Assembly: GCA_965219995.1 (NCBI GenBank)
Contig: CBDCOX010000002.1
Coordinates: 4,416,001-4,480,000, forward strand
Source: Candidatus Latescibacterota bacterium
GTDB lineage: Bacteria; Latescibacterota; UBA2968; GCA-2709665
Direction: 5' to 3'
Length of the DNA stretch: 64,000 nt
Part shown: positions 17,588-28,416 of the stretch, piece by piece
Layout of the letters: each line of letters begins with the position of its first letter
Position numbering within the stretch: position 1 is the first letter of the stretch
Notes under the pieces: generated by a model
Database searches by the model: none
Seen by the model: only the letters and a program-made list of their open reading frames with translations
Told to the model about the DNA's origin: nothing
Translations under genes and position numbers: made by a program

Positions 17588-20355
17588 GGTTCGATCACCT
17601 TATTGAGAAAGCGGCCGGTGTGGGAGGCCGGCGCGGCGGCAACGCGTTCCGGGGGCCCCTCCGCGACGACCCGACCGCCGGAATCTCCGCCGCCGGGACC
17701 GAGATCGACAATCCAGTCCGCCCGTTTCACAACGTCCAGGTTGTGTTCGATCACGATGACGGTGTTGCCCTTGTCCACCAGCCGGTCCAGAACCGCGATG
17801 AGCGTCCGGATGTCCTCGAAGTGCAGTCCGGTCGTCGGCTCGTCCAGAATATACATGGTTTTTCCGGTTGCCACACGGGAAAGTTCGGCGGCCAGTTTGA
17901 TGCGCTGCGCTTCGCCTCCGGAGAGGGCCCTCGCCGGCTGGCCCAGCCGGATATAGCCCAGGCCGACGTCCGAGAGGGTTTTCAGTTTCCGCCGTGCGCC
18001 GGGTATATCCCGAAAGAACGTGAGCGCCTTCTCGGCGGTCATTTTCAGGACGTCCGCGATCGAACAGCCCTTGTACCGGATTTCCAGGGTCTCCCTGTTG
18101 TAACGGCTTCCCCCGCAGGCATCGCAGGTCACATAGACATCGGGGAGGAAGTCCATTGCAATCCGTTGCTGGCCGTCGCCCTGGCAGGGCTCGCAACGTC
18201 CGCCCTTCAGATTGAAGCTGAATCGACCTGGCGTATATCCGCGAACCCTGGATTCGGGAAGTTGCGCGAAGAGCTCTCGAATGTCCGTAAAGAGGTCGGT
18301 GTAGGTGGCAGGGTTTGATCGGGGCGTCCGACCGATTGGCGCCTGGTCGATCGGGATGATCTTGTCGATCTGAGACAGTCCCTCGATGGCGTCGTGTCCA
18401 AGCGGTACGGACGCGGCGTTGTGCAGTCTGTTCGCCAGCGCAGGATAGAGCGTCCCGTTGATCAGGGTGCTCTTTCCGGACCCGGACACACCGGTAACGC
18501 AGACAAGGACTCCCAGCGGAATCGTGACGTCAACGCCCTTGAGATTGTGTCCTCGCGCTCCCTTCAATACGATCCGGCCGGTGGGTTGTCTATTGTCGGG
18601 GGGCCGGGGGATGGATTTCCGCCCGGAAAGGTACGCGCCCGTGAGGCATTCCCGGGCGGCCATGATCTCCTCAGCGCTACCCTGTGCGATCAGTTCGCCG
18701 CCCAACTCGCCCGCTCCGGGCCCGAGGTCGATCAGATGGTCGGCGGCCATCATCGTCTCCCTGTCGTGTTCCACCACCAGAACGGTATTGCCGAGGTCGC
18801 GGAGCGTTTCCAGAGTATGGATGAGCTTGCGGTTGTCCCCGGGGTGCAAGCCGACACTGGGTTCGTCAAGGACGTAGAGCACTCCCGAAAGGCGCGTGCC
18901 GATCTGCGTGGCCATGCGAATCCGCTGCGTCTCGCCGCCGGAGAGGGAGGCCACGCTGCGTTCCAGCGTGAGATAACCCACACCCACGTCCCTCAGGAAG
19001 ACGAGCCGGTTGCGGATTTCATCCAGAATCGTGTCGACGACCTCCCGGGGTCCCAGCCTCCCCCTCAGGCGTTCCAAGAAACCGATGGCCCGATCGATAC
19101 CCATCGCCGAAACCTGCCCGATGTTGCAGCCGTCAATGGTGACCGCCAGGGCCTCCTTTCGCAACCTCGCGCCGGAACAGTCCGAACAGACAACGGTATG
19201 GACGTACGGTTCAGGGCCGGACCCGGCTTCATCCGACGCGGCATCCGCAACCCGCCGGTTGAGGGACGGGATCACGCCGTCGAATCCGAGGGATTCGTCG
19301 CCCCACAAGATGGCCTCCCTCGCTTCGGTCGAAAGGGAACCGAATGGCGCGGCGACGTCGAAACCGTACCGGTCCGCGAGGCGCCTGAGCAGATCGAGCT
19401 TCGCGCGGCCCCTGGGGACGCCCCATGGCGCGATGGCGCCCTCGGCAATGGAGCGGCCCGCGTCCGGAACGACGCCGTCAGGATCTACATCCGTCCTCTC
19501 GCCCAGGCCGTTGCAGGCGGGACAGGCGCCGTGCGGACTGTTGAACGAGAACAGACGGGGCGTCGGTTCTTCAAGCGTGACGTCGCAGTTTCTGCATATC
19601 AACTGCGTGGAATAGCTCTGCTCACGGCCTTCGAGCACGTCCAGGACGACGATACCGCCGGACAGGGCCAGCGCGGTTTCGAGCGAGTCGGCCAGCCGGC
19701 GTTCGATTCCCGGGCGTACGACAAGGCGGTCGATAACGGCGTCGACGGTGTGCGGTTCCGTCGGATCCAGGCGAATTTCTTCTTCCAGGGCCCGATCCCG
19801 GCCGTCGATCCGAACGCGCACGTATCCATCGCGCCGGAGGCGTTCCAGTTCCCGGTCCAGACGACCTTTCCGGTTTCGTATCCATGGCGCCAGAATTCGA
19901 AGGCGGGTTCCCGCGGGCATCGCAAGCACCTCGTCGACGATTTCGCCGACGGTCTGGCAGGCGATCGGGTTACCGCAGTTCGGGCAATGCGGCAGGCCGG
20001 CCCGTGCGAAGAGGACCCTGAGATGGTCGTGGATTTCCGTGAGGGTGCCAACCGTCGACCTGGAAGTTCCCGCGGTCCGACGCTGTTGAATCGCCACGGC
20101 GGGGGAGAGGCCGTCAATGCTGTCGACGTCGGGTCTCTCCATCACCTCCAGGAAACGACGCGCGTGGGTGGACATCGCCTCCACGTACCTGCGCTGTCCT
20201 TCAGCATAGATGGTGTCGAAGGCCAGCGAGGATTTTCCCGATCCGGACGGCCCCGTGATGACCACAAACCGGTTTCTGGGGATGTCGAGATCGAGGCCCC
20301 GGAGGTTGTGCTGGCGGGCGCCGCGTATTCGGATGGCGTCGTTTGCAGGTGGCAT
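17584..20355 (-). CDS. uvrA: Excinuclease ABC subunit A
   Basis: IRGARQHNL, GPSGSGKSSLAFDTIYAEGQRRY, zinc fingers, second ABC site GVSGSGKST, LSGGEAQRIKLA; ATG at 20355 preferred. Confidence 0.95.
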   Translation of the reverse strand: MPPANDAIRIRGARQHNLRGLDLDIPRNRFVVITGPSGSGKSSLAFDTIYAEGQRRYVEAMSTHARRFLEVMERPDVDSIDGLSPAVAIQQRRTAGTSRSTVGTLTEIHDHLRVLFARAGLPHCPNCGNPIACQTVGEIVDEVLAMPAGTRLRILAPWIRNRKGRLDRELERLRRDGYVRVRIDGRDRALEEEIRLDPTEPHTVDAVIDRLVVRPGIERRLADSLETALALSGGIVVLDVLEGREQSYSTQLICRNCDVTLEEPTPRLFSFNSPHGACPACNGLGERTDVDPDGVVPDAGRSIAEGAIAPWGVPRGRAKLDLLRRLADRYGFDVAAPFGSLSTEAREAILWGDESLGFDGVIPSLNRRVADAASDEAGSGPEPYVHTVVCSDCSGARLRKEALAVTIDGCNIGQVSAMGIDRAIGFLERLRGRLGPREVVDTILDEIRNRLVFLRDVGVGYLTLERSVASLSGGETQRIRMATQIGTRLSGVLYVLDEPSVGLHPGDNRKLIHTLETLRDLGNTVLVVEHDRETMMAADHLIDLGPGAGELGGELIAQGSAEEIMAARECLTGAYLSGRKSIPRPPDNRQPTGRIVLKGARGHNLKGVDVTIPLGVLVCVTGVSGSGKSTLINGTLYPALANRLHNAASVPLGHDAIEGLSQIDKIIPIDQAPIGRTPRSNPATYTDLFTDIRELFAQLPESRVRGYTPGRFSFNLKGGRCEPCQGDGQQRIAMDFLPDVYVTCDACGGSRYNRETLEIRYKGCSIADVLKMTAEKALTFFRDIPGARRKLKTLSDVGLGYIRLGQPARALSGGEAQRIKLAAELSRVATGKTMYILDEPTTGLHFEDIRTLIAVLDRLVDKGNTVIVIEHNLDVVKRADWIVDLGPGGGDSGGRVVAEGPPERVAAAPASHTGRFLNKVIEP

Positions 20356-20402
20356 GCGGGACCGGCGAGGCGAAACCCCGATCGGGCGACCGGGGCTTTG
20401 GA

Positions 20403-20469
20403 TGGTGCGGCAGGGAGGACTCGAACCGCCAGCCGTCCGGTTCGAAGCCGGATGCTGAACCACTGCCGC
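20403..20469 (-). tRNA. tRNA-Arg(UCG)-like gene lacking the D-loop (67 nt); functional atypical RNA or pseudo-tRNA
   Basis: Minus strand GCGGCAG-TG-GTTCAGC-A-TCCGG-CTTCGAA-CCGGA-CGGCT-GGCGG-TTCGAGT-CCTCC-CTGCCGC-A-CCA: 7/7 acceptor stem, 5/5 anticodon stem, 4/5 T stem, encoded CCA. Confidence 0.8.
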
Positions 20470-20483
20470 GAAGGCGTTGGACA

Positions 20484-20511
20484 AATATACCTTCCGCCGG
20501 TGCCGTTGCAA
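20484..20511 (-). promoter_or_regulatory. Putative sigma70 promoter for the tRNA-like RNA and uvrA
   Basis: Minus strand TTGCAA-16 bp-TATATT ending 14 nt before the first base of the tRNA-like element. Confidence 0.6.
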
Positions 20512-20615
20512 GCCCAAAAATCGCCACTTGACAATGGCGGACGAAATGGGAAAATTAAGGACTTGCCACAGCTGCGGTGAAATCCGAAAGCGGGCGTTGG
20601 TTCAGGAGGAAATCT

Positions 20616-21905
20616 GTGAACAACCGTTCGGCGGCGTTATTCGAAGCGGCGCAGCGGGTGATTCCGGGCGGCGTGAACAGCCCGGCGCGGGCGTTCGGCC
20701 CGGTGGGGGGCCGGCCGCTGTTCATCACGCGAGGAAGCGGGTCCAGGGTTTTCGATGCGGACGGGCGGGCGTATATCGACTACGTCTGTTCGTGGGGGCC
20801 GCTGGTTCTGGGCCATGCGCCGCCAGTCGTGGTCGAGGCGCTGAAACGGACCTGCGAGCAGGGTACGAGTTTCGGGGCGCCCACTGAAACAGAAGTCGAA
20901 ATGGCAGGGCTGGTCATCGAACTCGTGCCGGGTGTGGAAATGGTGCGGATGGTGAATTCGGGCACCGAGGCCACGATGTCGGCCGTGCGCCTGGCCAGGG
21001 GGTTTACGGGCCGCGAAAAGGTGATCAAGTTCGAGGGATGCTGGCACGGGCATGCCGACAGCTTTCTGATTCAGGCGGGGTCGTCGGCGCTCACCACGGG
21101 CGTACCCAGCAGCCCCGGCGTGACCGCGGGCACGGCGGCGGGTACCCTCACCGCACCCTACAACGACTTTGAGGCCGTTAAGCGGATCGTGGCGGAGAAC
21201 CCGGACGAGATCGCGGCGGTCATCGTGGAGCCGGTGGCCGGCAATATGGGCGTGATTCCGCCCGCGGACGGATTCCTGGAAGGATTGCGGGAACTCACCG
21301 CGGATTCGGGGATTGTGCTCATATTCGACGAAGTGATCACCGGATTCAGGGTTCATCCGGGAGGCGCCCAGGCCTTATACGGGGTCACGCCCGATCTGAC
21401 CACGCTCGGCAAGATTATCGGAGGCGGGCTTCCGGTGGGCGCATTCGGCGGCAGGCGGGAGATCATGTCGCATATTTCGCCACTCGGAAAAGGGGTATCG
21501 CAGGCCGGGACCCTTTCCGGAAATCCCCTTGCGATGACAGCGGGTTACGAGACGCTCATGCAGCTCCGGGAACCCGGCGCGTATGAATCGCTGGAGGGCA
21601 AAGCAGCCGCCCTGGAGGCCGGCTTCCGGGAAAACCTGAGGTCGCTCGGATTGCCGTTTCGCCTGAACCGGGTCGGGTCCATGATGACCATGTTCTTCAC
21701 GGACCGTCCCGTGACGCGATACGAGGCCGCCGTCGCGTGCGACCAGGAGGCTTTCGCGCGTTACTTCCGGCTGATGCTGGAACAGGGCGTCTATCTGGCG
21801 CCCTCGCAGTTCGAAGCGACCTTTGTCTCGCTGGCGCACACCGAAGCGGATATCGAGCGAACGATTGAAGCGCAGCATACGGCATTGAAGTCATGCGCAG
21901 CCTGA
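20616..21905 (+). CDS. hemL: Glutamate-1-semialdehyde 2,1-aminomutase
   Basis: [50 protein letters not shown]; AGGAGG RBS before GTG 20616. Confidence 0.95.
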   Translation: MNNRSAALFEAAQRVIPGGVNSPARAFGPVGGRPLFITRGSGSRVFDADGRAYIDYVCSWGPLVLGHAPPVVVEALKRTCEQGTSFGAPTETEVEMAGLVIELVPGVEMVRMVNSGTEATMSAVRLARGFTGREKVIKFEGCWHGHADSFLIQAGSSALTTGVPSSPGVTAGTAAGTLTAPYNDFEAVKRIVAENPDEIAAVIVEPVAGNMGVIPPADGFLEGLRELTADSGIVLIFDEVITGFRVHPGGAQALYGVTPDLTTLGKIIGGGLPVGAFGGRREIMSHISPLGKGVSQAGTLSGNPLAMTAGYETLMQLREPGAYESLEGKAAALEAGFRENLRSLGLPFRLNRVGSMMTMFFTDRPVTRYEAAVACDQEAFARYFRLMLEQGVYLAPSQFEATFVSLAHTEADIERTIEAQHTALKSCAA

Positions 21906-22357
21906 GCGTAATCCTCCTATTGTCGCTCGGCCTGCCGGGATGCGGCGGCGAAAGCGATCACTTTGCGCGGCTCCGTTCCGGTACGCCGCGAGAGCGCGAG
22001 GATGCGGCGGCGTATCTGGGCGCCCACCGCATTCCCGGATCGGCTCCGTGGTTGCGACAGGCGCTGAGGGATACGGTTCCGGAGGTGCGTGCCAAGGCGA
22101 TCTGGGCGCTGGGGATGCTGGGCGCCGGCGAGGCGCTTCCCGATCTGGTGCCGTTCCTTACGGCCGACAGCCGCCGGTTGCGACAGCAGGCCGCCGTCGC
22201 AATTATGCATATTGAACAGCCCGAGGCGATCGCCGTTCTGGAGATGGCGATGCGCACGGAAAGGGACCCGTGGGTCAGAAGCGATCTGGCAAGGGCGATA
22301 ACGCACCTCAAGCAGTTTGTGGGTGAATCAGAACTTGCGGAAGGAACGTTTCGGTAA
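21893..22357 (+). CDS. HEAT-repeat lipoprotein
   Basis: Signal peptide ending LPGC; HEAT-like repeats such as [10 protein letters not shown]; overlaps hemL end. Confidence 0.7.
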   Translation: MRSLSVILLLSLGLPGCGGESDHFARLRSGTPREREDAAAYLGAHRIPGSAPWLRQALRDTVPEVRAKAIWALGMLGAGEALPDLVPFLTADSRRLRQQAAVAIMHIEQPEAIAVLEMAMRTERDPWVRSDLARAITHLKQFVGESELAEGTFR

Positions 22358-22411
22358 GCGTGTTCGGCCCTGCCAAATAAACGGGACAGGACATTCGGGG
22401 GCATTTCACTT

Positions 22412-24583
22412 ATGAATCGATGGTTTGAGACTCGCATTTTCGCGGCCTGCCTGATCGGCGTCCTGCCGATGGGTCGGTCAACGACCGCCGCCGCCGATTG
22501 GACGCACTGGCGCGGGCCGATGCAGACTGGCGCTTCACTGGAAAACGGTCTGATTTCAAGATGGTCTCCGGAAGGAGAAAACCTGGTCTGGCGGTCGGCG
22601 TTCATCGGCCGGTCCACACCGGTCATACTGAACGGGCGGGTGTACGTGATCGGACGTACCGGGGACGGCGTTACCAGGCAGGAACACGTCGCCTGTTTCG
22701 ACGCGGAGAACGGACGGCTGGTTTGGGAGCGCAAGTTCAATGTGTGGCACTCCACAATCACGTTCAACCGTCTGGGCTGGGCGAATCTGGGCGCCGACGG
22801 GGAAACCGGATACGTGTACGCACACCTGGTGAACGGTCTGCTGCTGTGTTTCAACGGTGACGGGAGGATTCTCTGGACCCGGTCGCTGACAGAGGAGTTC
22901 AACAGGTTCTCCGGCTACGGAGGCAGGCTGCACACGCCCGTTATCGACGGAGACCTGGTGGTTATCAGCATGGGCAACAGGGGCTGGGCGGACCGCCCGC
23001 CCTCCCACCGGTACATGGCGTTCGACAAGCGGACTGGAGAGACCGTTTGGATGGCGCGGCCGGGCGGGGGCGGGCAGGCCGATCTGACCGTGTATTCCAC
23101 CCCGGTGTCGGCGACCGTCGACGGCCGGCGGGTGCTGATCGCGGGCAATGGAAACGGTGGCATCTTCGCATTCAAGGCCGGCACGGGCGAGGTCCTGTGG
23201 GGCTTCCCGTTGAGCAGGCGGGGCATCAACACCTCTCCGGTTGCGGCTGACAATCGCGTGTACGCGACCCACAGCGAAGAGAACGTGGACAATACCACGA
23301 TGGGTCGGGTGGTATGCCTGGACGCGAGAACCGGGAAAGAGATCTGGCGCCAGGACGGAATCGCGGCGGGGTATGCTTCTCCGGCCCTTCACGCCGGGCG
23401 CCTGTACGTTATCGACAATTCGGCGAACGTGCACTGCCTGGACGCAGAGAGCGGGCGAAAATACTGGGAGCATAATATCGGCACGGTGGGCAAGGGCTCA
23501 CCCACCTGGGCGGACGGTAAATTGTACGTGACGGAAGTCAACGGCGGATTCCGGATTCTCGAGGTGGACGATGCGGGCGCGCAGTTGCTGGATGAGAAGA
23601 CGATTGCGATGCCCGGCGGCAGACCCGCGGAAATCTACGGATCGGTCGTCGTCGCATATGGCCGGATTTACTTCGCAACCGAAGCCGGACTCTTCTGCCT
23701 GGGGGACCGGGATTCGACCGTCACGCCCGCCTCAGCGCCCTTTGACGGTCATGCTCGCGCACCGTCGGGCGCCAAACCCGCCTCGCTGCTGGTCTTTCCG
23801 GCCGAGAAAACGCTGGCCTGGGACGAATCGCTCCCATTGAGCGTCCGGGCGTATGACGAACGGGGCCGGATGATCGGAAGCGTAGACGCGGAATGGTCCT
23901 TCGAAGGGCTGGACGGACGCGTCGACAACGGTCGGTTCACACCGGAAGAACGCGGACAGGCCGGGTGGGTGGTCGCCACTTCAGACGGGTTGACCGCGCG
24001 GGCGTGGGTCCGCGTGGTACCCAGACCACCCTGGACGGAAGACTTCGAGGGGTTTCCGGAGGGCAGGAATCCACGCCACTGGGTGTGGGGCGGGAGGGGG
24101 TTCCGGGTCGAGGAAAAGGATGGAAACAAGGTGCTGGTGAAGCCGCCCGCGGCGCGCGGGCTGGACCGTTCCAATCTCTACATCGGACCGCCCGGTATGA
24201 AAGGATATACCGTCCAGGCCGATCTGATGGGCGGCACGCGCCGGCGCTGGCGTCCGGACATGGGCCTTATCGCGCACCGATACATCCTGGACCTGCAGAG
24301 TGCCTATCAGCGCCTGGAGGTCCGGTCGTGGTCCTCGGATCTGAGGATGGTCCGGCGCGTGCCCTTCGAATGGGCCCCCGACGTGTGGTATACCATGAAG
24401 ATGAGGGTGGATATCGAGGGCGATCGGGCCGTCGTCCGGGGTAAGGTCTGGAAGCGGGGCGACGCGGAACCCGATGCCTGGACGATCGAGGCGGAGGATC
24501 CGCTTCCCATCCGGGAAGGCAGCCCGGGGCTCTACGGATATTCGCCGGCGAACATTTATTATGACAATGTACGCGTGTATTGA
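22412..24583 (+). CDS. Secreted PQQ-like (BamB-type) beta-propeller protein with C-terminal beta-sandwich domain(s)
   Basis: DWTHWRGP start; repeated CLDAxTGKxxW and SPxxxDGxLY motifs. Confidence 0.8.
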   Translation: MNRWFETRIFAACLIGVLPMGRSTTAAADWTHWRGPMQTGASLENGLISRWSPEGENLVWRSAFIGRSTPVILNGRVYVIGRTGDGVTRQEHVACFDAENGRLVWERKFNVWHSTITFNRLGWANLGADGETGYVYAHLVNGLLLCFNGDGRILWTRSLTEEFNRFSGYGGRLHTPVIDGDLVVISMGNRGWADRPPSHRYMAFDKRTGETVWMARPGGGGQADLTVYSTPVSATVDGRRVLIAGNGNGGIFAFKAGTGEVLWGFPLSRRGINTSPVAADNRVYATHSEENVDNTTMGRVVCLDARTGKEIWRQDGIAAGYASPALHAGRLYVIDNSANVHCLDAESGRKYWEHNIGTVGKGSPTWADGKLYVTEVNGGFRILEVDDAGAQLLDEKTIAMPGGRPAEIYGSVVVAYGRIYFATEAGLFCLGDRDSTVTPASAPFDGHARAPSGAKPASLLVFPAEKTLAWDESLPLSVRAYDERGRMIGSVDAEWSFEGLDGRVDNGRFTPEERGQAGWVVATSDGLTARAWVRVVPRPPWTEDFEGFPEGRNPRHWVWGGRGFRVEEKDGNKVLVKPPAARGLDRSNLYIGPPGMKGYTVQADLMGGTRRRWRPDMGLIAHRYILDLQSAYQRLEVRSWSSDLRMVRRVPFEWAPDVWYTMKMRVDIEGDRAVVRGKVWKRGDAEPDAWTIEAEDPLPIREGSPGLYGYSPANIYYDNVRVY

Positions 24584-24691
24584 GGTGACCGGAAATCCGG
24601 AAACGGCGCGTTTCAAATTCGGCCGGGTACCGTCATTGACCGTCGAAAGAACGCGCCGTTAAAGCGTGGGCGCAATCAGAGAAAGGTACAG

Positions 24692-26119
24692 ATGAAAACA
24701 ATGTGGATTATGAAGTTCGCGGTGATTCTCGCCTGGACGGCGGCGGGCGCGGGCGCGGAGGAGACCTCGATGTGGGGATTCACGCCCTCGCGAAACCTCG
24801 TATCGGACGAAACGAACCTGCCAACCCATTGGAATACGGCCACCGGCGAGAACATCAGGTGGAAGGCCGCCCTCGGCTCCCAGTCCTACGCAGGACCGGT
24901 ACTGCTGGGCGGCAAGGTATTCATGGGGACGAACAACCACGCCGAACGGAATCCGGAAATCAAGGGCGACCGCGGCGTGGTGATGGCGTTCCGGGAATCG
25001 GACGGAGAATTCCTGTGGCAGTCCGCCCATCCGAAGCTGCCCGCCGGACGGGTGAACGACTGGCCGCTGCAGGGAGTCTGTTCCACGCCATTCATTCAGG
25101 GCGATCGCCTGTTCTACGTTTCCAACCAGGGCCGCGTGGTCTGCGCGGATACGGAGGGTTTCCTGGATTCGGAAAACGACGGGGCGTACCAGGGCGAAGA
25201 CGTGACCGGCGCCACCGGAGTGGATATCGTCTGGGAATACGATATGATGAACGAGCTGGACGTGTTCCCCCACAATCTGGCCACGTGTTCGCCCGTGGGA
25301 GCGGACGGCATGCTGTTCGTCATTACCAGCAACGGCGTGGATGAAGGCCACGTGGCGATCCCGTCGCCGTTTGCGCCCAGCTTCATTGCCCTCAGCCTGA
25401 AAACCGGGGAACTCGTCTGGGAAAAGGCCTATCCCGGCACGAATATCCTGCATGGGCAGTGGGCCAATCCGGCCTACGGAACGATCAGCGGCATACCCCA
25501 GGTTATCCTGCCGGGCGGGGACGGCTGGGTCTACGCCGTGGCGCCGAAGACGGGCGAACTGGTCTGGAAGTTCGATTGCAATCCGAAGGACTCGGTATGG
25601 GAGCTTGGCGGACGGGGTACCCGCAATGCCATCATAGCCACACCGGTGATTTATGACGACAAGGTGTTTATCGGCGTGGGACAGGACCCGGAACACGGGG
25701 AAGGCGTGGGGCATCTCTGGGCGATTGACGCGACCGGAACGGGCGACGTTACGGACACCCACGCGGTCTGGCATCTGGGAGGCGAGGCGTTCAACCGGAC
25801 GATGTCGACGGTCGCCATCCACGACGGGCTGCTGTACGCGGCGGACCTGAGCGGATTCGTCTATTGTCTGGATCTGGAGACAGGAAAGCCGCACTGGACC
25901 TACGATGCCTACGCCGCCATCTGGGGATCGCCGTTCGTGGCCGACGGAAAGGTCTATATCGGCGACGAAGACGGCGACGTGATGATCTTCAAGGCATCCT
26001 CGAAGCTCGAGAAGATCAACGAAATCAACATGGGCAGCGCGGTATATACAACACCCGTGGCGAAAGACGGGGTGTTGTACATCGGGACCCGCAACACGTT
26101 GTACGCAATCGGGAAATAA
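24692..26119 (+). CDS. Secreted PQQ-like beta-propeller protein
   Basis: Signal peptide; NIRWKAALGSQSY, CLDLETGKPHW, SPFVADGKVYIG. Confidence 0.8.
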   Translation: MKTMWIMKFAVILAWTAAGAGAEETSMWGFTPSRNLVSDETNLPTHWNTATGENIRWKAALGSQSYAGPVLLGGKVFMGTNNHAERNPEIKGDRGVVMAFRESDGEFLWQSAHPKLPAGRVNDWPLQGVCSTPFIQGDRLFYVSNQGRVVCADTEGFLDSENDGAYQGEDVTGATGVDIVWEYDMMNELDVFPHNLATCSPVGADGMLFVITSNGVDEGHVAIPSPFAPSFIALSLKTGELVWEKAYPGTNILHGQWANPAYGTISGIPQVILPGGDGWVYAVAPKTGELVWKFDCNPKDSVWELGGRGTRNAIIATPVIYDDKVFIGVGQDPEHGEGVGHLWAIDATGTGDVTDTHAVWHLGGEAFNRTMSTVAIHDGLLYAADLSGFVYCLDLETGKPHWTYDAYAAIWGSPFVADGKVYIGDEDGDVMIFKASSKLEKINEINMGSAVYTTPVAKDGVLYIGTRNTLYAIGK

Positions 26120-26187
26120 GCGGAACGCAACGGCCGGGCGACCCGTCAGCCGAATTCAGGCAACCCGTTTCCGGAACAGGACAGAAG

Positions 26188-26922
26188 ATGCTGCTGGAGA
26201 GTAAGGTGGTTCTTGTGACCGGGGGGGCCTCGGGCATCGGACGCGCGGCGTGCTTGTGCTGTGCGCGGGCAGGCGCCCGCGTCGGGGTGGCGGACTGTGA
26301 TCGGGAAGGCGTTGCGGCAACGGTTCGTGAAATCGGCGGTTCAGCCGGCGGTGCCCGGGGTTTCCACGTCGACGTTCGCGAGGAAGCCGGGGTCCGGACG
26401 ATGGTGGATGACATGGTCCGTACGTTCGGTCGGATCGACGGCCTGATTCATTCCGCGGGGATACTGGACGGCGCGCTGGTGCCCGTCGATCTGTTCGAAG
26501 CGGAGACATGGGACCGGGTGGTCGACGTCAACATGAAGGGCAGTTTTCTGCTGTGCAAACACGCGACGCCGGTCATCGAGCGGTCCGGCGGCGGCGTGCT
26601 CGTGCTGGTTTCTTCCGGCGCCGGGGTGCGGGGAGGCAGTTCGTCGGCGGCGTACGGATCGAGCAAAGGCGGCGTGCACGGGCTCTCTCTGGTGCTTGCG
26701 CCGCAACTGGCGCCGAGGGGAATCCGGGTACACGCGTTGTGTCCCGGGAGCCTCGACACGCCCTTGAAGATCGTCGCGCTGAGAAAACAGGCTGAAACGG
26801 AAGGGCGATCACTGGAGGCGTTGAGAGCGGGACTGGGCGATCCCGAAGGCGTGGGCAAAGTGCTGGCGTTTCTGGTTTCCGACGATGCGGACTACGTGAG
26901 GGGGACCGTCCATACGCGATGA
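26188..26922 (+). CDS. SDR family oxidoreductase
   Basis: TGGASGIG and YGSSKGG (YxxxK). Confidence 0.9.
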   Translation: MLLESKVVLVTGGASGIGRAACLCCARAGARVGVADCDREGVAATVREIGGSAGGARGFHVDVREEAGVRTMVDDMVRTFGRIDGLIHSAGILDGALVPVDLFEAETWDRVVDVNMKGSFLLCKHATPVIERSGGGVLVLVSSGAGVRGGSSSAAYGSSKGGVHGLSLVLAPQLAPRGIRVHALCPGSLDTPLKIVALRKQAETEGRSLEALRAGLGDPEGVGKVLAFLVSDDADYVRGTVHTR

Positions 26923-27040
26923 GATGGATCGGACGTCCGTTCAGCCCGCCCGGTCGTCGAGACCGGCCGCGAGCGAGCGGGCAATCGGGTCCCTGCGCTC
27001 CCGGCGAGCGAATCGAAAATACGGGAAAGGGAGGCAACGA

Positions 27041-28324
27041 ATGCAGCGCACGATGAAAATCGCGCTGATCGGCGCGGGGATGTTCGGCGGCGACGTACAT
27101 GCCAGGGCATTCGCCGATCTGCAAAGGATGGGAATCAGTGGAAATCTGGGACGGGTCGGGCTGGACCGGTGGGCGCGGGACCTGGCCGGCATACAGTTCG
27201 ATCTGGTGGCCGTGGCCACGCGGTCCCGGGCATCGGCCGAGCGGGCGCGTGAGAACTTCAGGGCATCCACGGGGCGTGAGCCGGGAGCCTATTGGGGTGA
27301 AAAGCCCTGGGAAGACGTGCTGCGCGATTTTCCGGACCTTGACGTTATGGCGGTGGTCACACCGGACCATCTGCATACCGAAGTGACGCTGGCCGCGCTG
27401 CGGAACGGGACGCACGCGGTGATGGAAAAGCCGATGTGCCTGTCGATCGAGGAGGCGGACGAGATCATCGAGCTGGCCGACGCAAAGGGGCTGGTGGTCT
27501 GCGTGGATATGCACAAGCGGTACGATCCCGACCATCTGCGGGTCCAGTACGACATCTCCACGAGGATTGGAGAGCCGCTCTACGGTCAGGCCGGGCTCGA
27601 AGAGCCGCTGGAAGTGTCCACCAGCACGTTCAAGTGGGCGGAACAGAGCGATCCGTTCAGTTACGTCGGTCCTCACTGGACGGACCTGATCTATAATTAT
27701 TACAGGAGCAAACCGGTCGCGCTTTCCGCTGTCGGTCAGAAGAAACGGCTTGTTCGCGAAGGCATCGACGCCTACGACGCGGTTCAGGTGCGGGTTGAAT
27801 TCGAAAACGGAATGAGCATCTATTTCCACAATAACTGGATCACGCCCGACGATTTCGAGGGCCCCGTGAATCAGGGCCATGAAATCGTGGGAACCGACGG
27901 CAAGGTGGAGTCGGACCAGCAGTACCGGGGCTTCCGATTCTGGTACAACGGGGGCGGCAGCCGCACGGTGAACAACCACATGACGCGGGACGTCAGCCGG
28001 CCGGACGGCTCGGAGGCGTATATCGGCTACGGCGTGGACAGCATCACGGTGGGACTGGTCGCCGCCTGCCGCATCAAATTCCTTGGGGAGACGCGGGAGG
28101 ACGTGGACGGGATCTATCCGACCGCGGCGGACGGCCGGATAACGGTCGCGATCGTCGACGCGGCCAGGCGGGTGCGGGACCTGAATTTCAAGTATCTGCA
28201 GGAAGGCAAGGGGACTCCGGTGACGGCCCGATTCGGGGACGACGGCATCACCATAATCGATCCTTACCGGATTGACGAGGGACCGGAAGCGGTCTTTCAG
28301 CGCATTTACAAAAAGCCTGTATAA
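27041..28324 (+). CDS. Gfo/Idh/MocA family oxidoreductase
   Basis: IGAGMFG, TPDHLH, MEKP motifs; GGGAGG RBS before ATG 27041. Confidence 0.85.
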   Translation: MQRTMKIALIGAGMFGGDVHARAFADLQRMGISGNLGRVGLDRWARDLAGIQFDLVAVATRSRASAERARENFRASTGREPGAYWGEKPWEDVLRDFPDLDVMAVVTPDHLHTEVTLAALRNGTHAVMEKPMCLSIEEADEIIELADAKGLVVCVDMHKRYDPDHLRVQYDISTRIGEPLYGQAGLEEPLEVSTSTFKWAEQSDPFSYVGPHWTDLIYNYYRSKPVALSAVGQKKRLVREGIDAYDAVQVRVEFENGMSIYFHNNWITPDDFEGPVNQGHEIVGTDGKVESDQQYRGFRFWYNGGGSRTVNNHMTRDVSRPDGSEAYIGYGVDSITVGLVAACRIKFLGETREDVDGIYPTAADGRITVAIVDAARRVRDLNFKYLQEGKGTPVTARFGDDGITIIDPYRIDEGPEAVFQRIYKKPV

Positions 28325-28416
28325 CGGCGGACCGCAGCGGGCCGTGAGAGACGCCGCGCGCCCGGGCGCCCGCGGCGATCGCGGCTCGTCGTTTTTTTAA
28401 TTTCCAGGAGGATTCG

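Noticed and set aside
20356-20517. 54-aa N-terminal extension of UvrA in the ORF track
   Set aside because: It runs through the tRNA-like element and promoter; UvrA homology begins at ATG 20355
18394-20580. 728-aa plus-strand ORF
   Set aside because: Antisense shadow of uvrA
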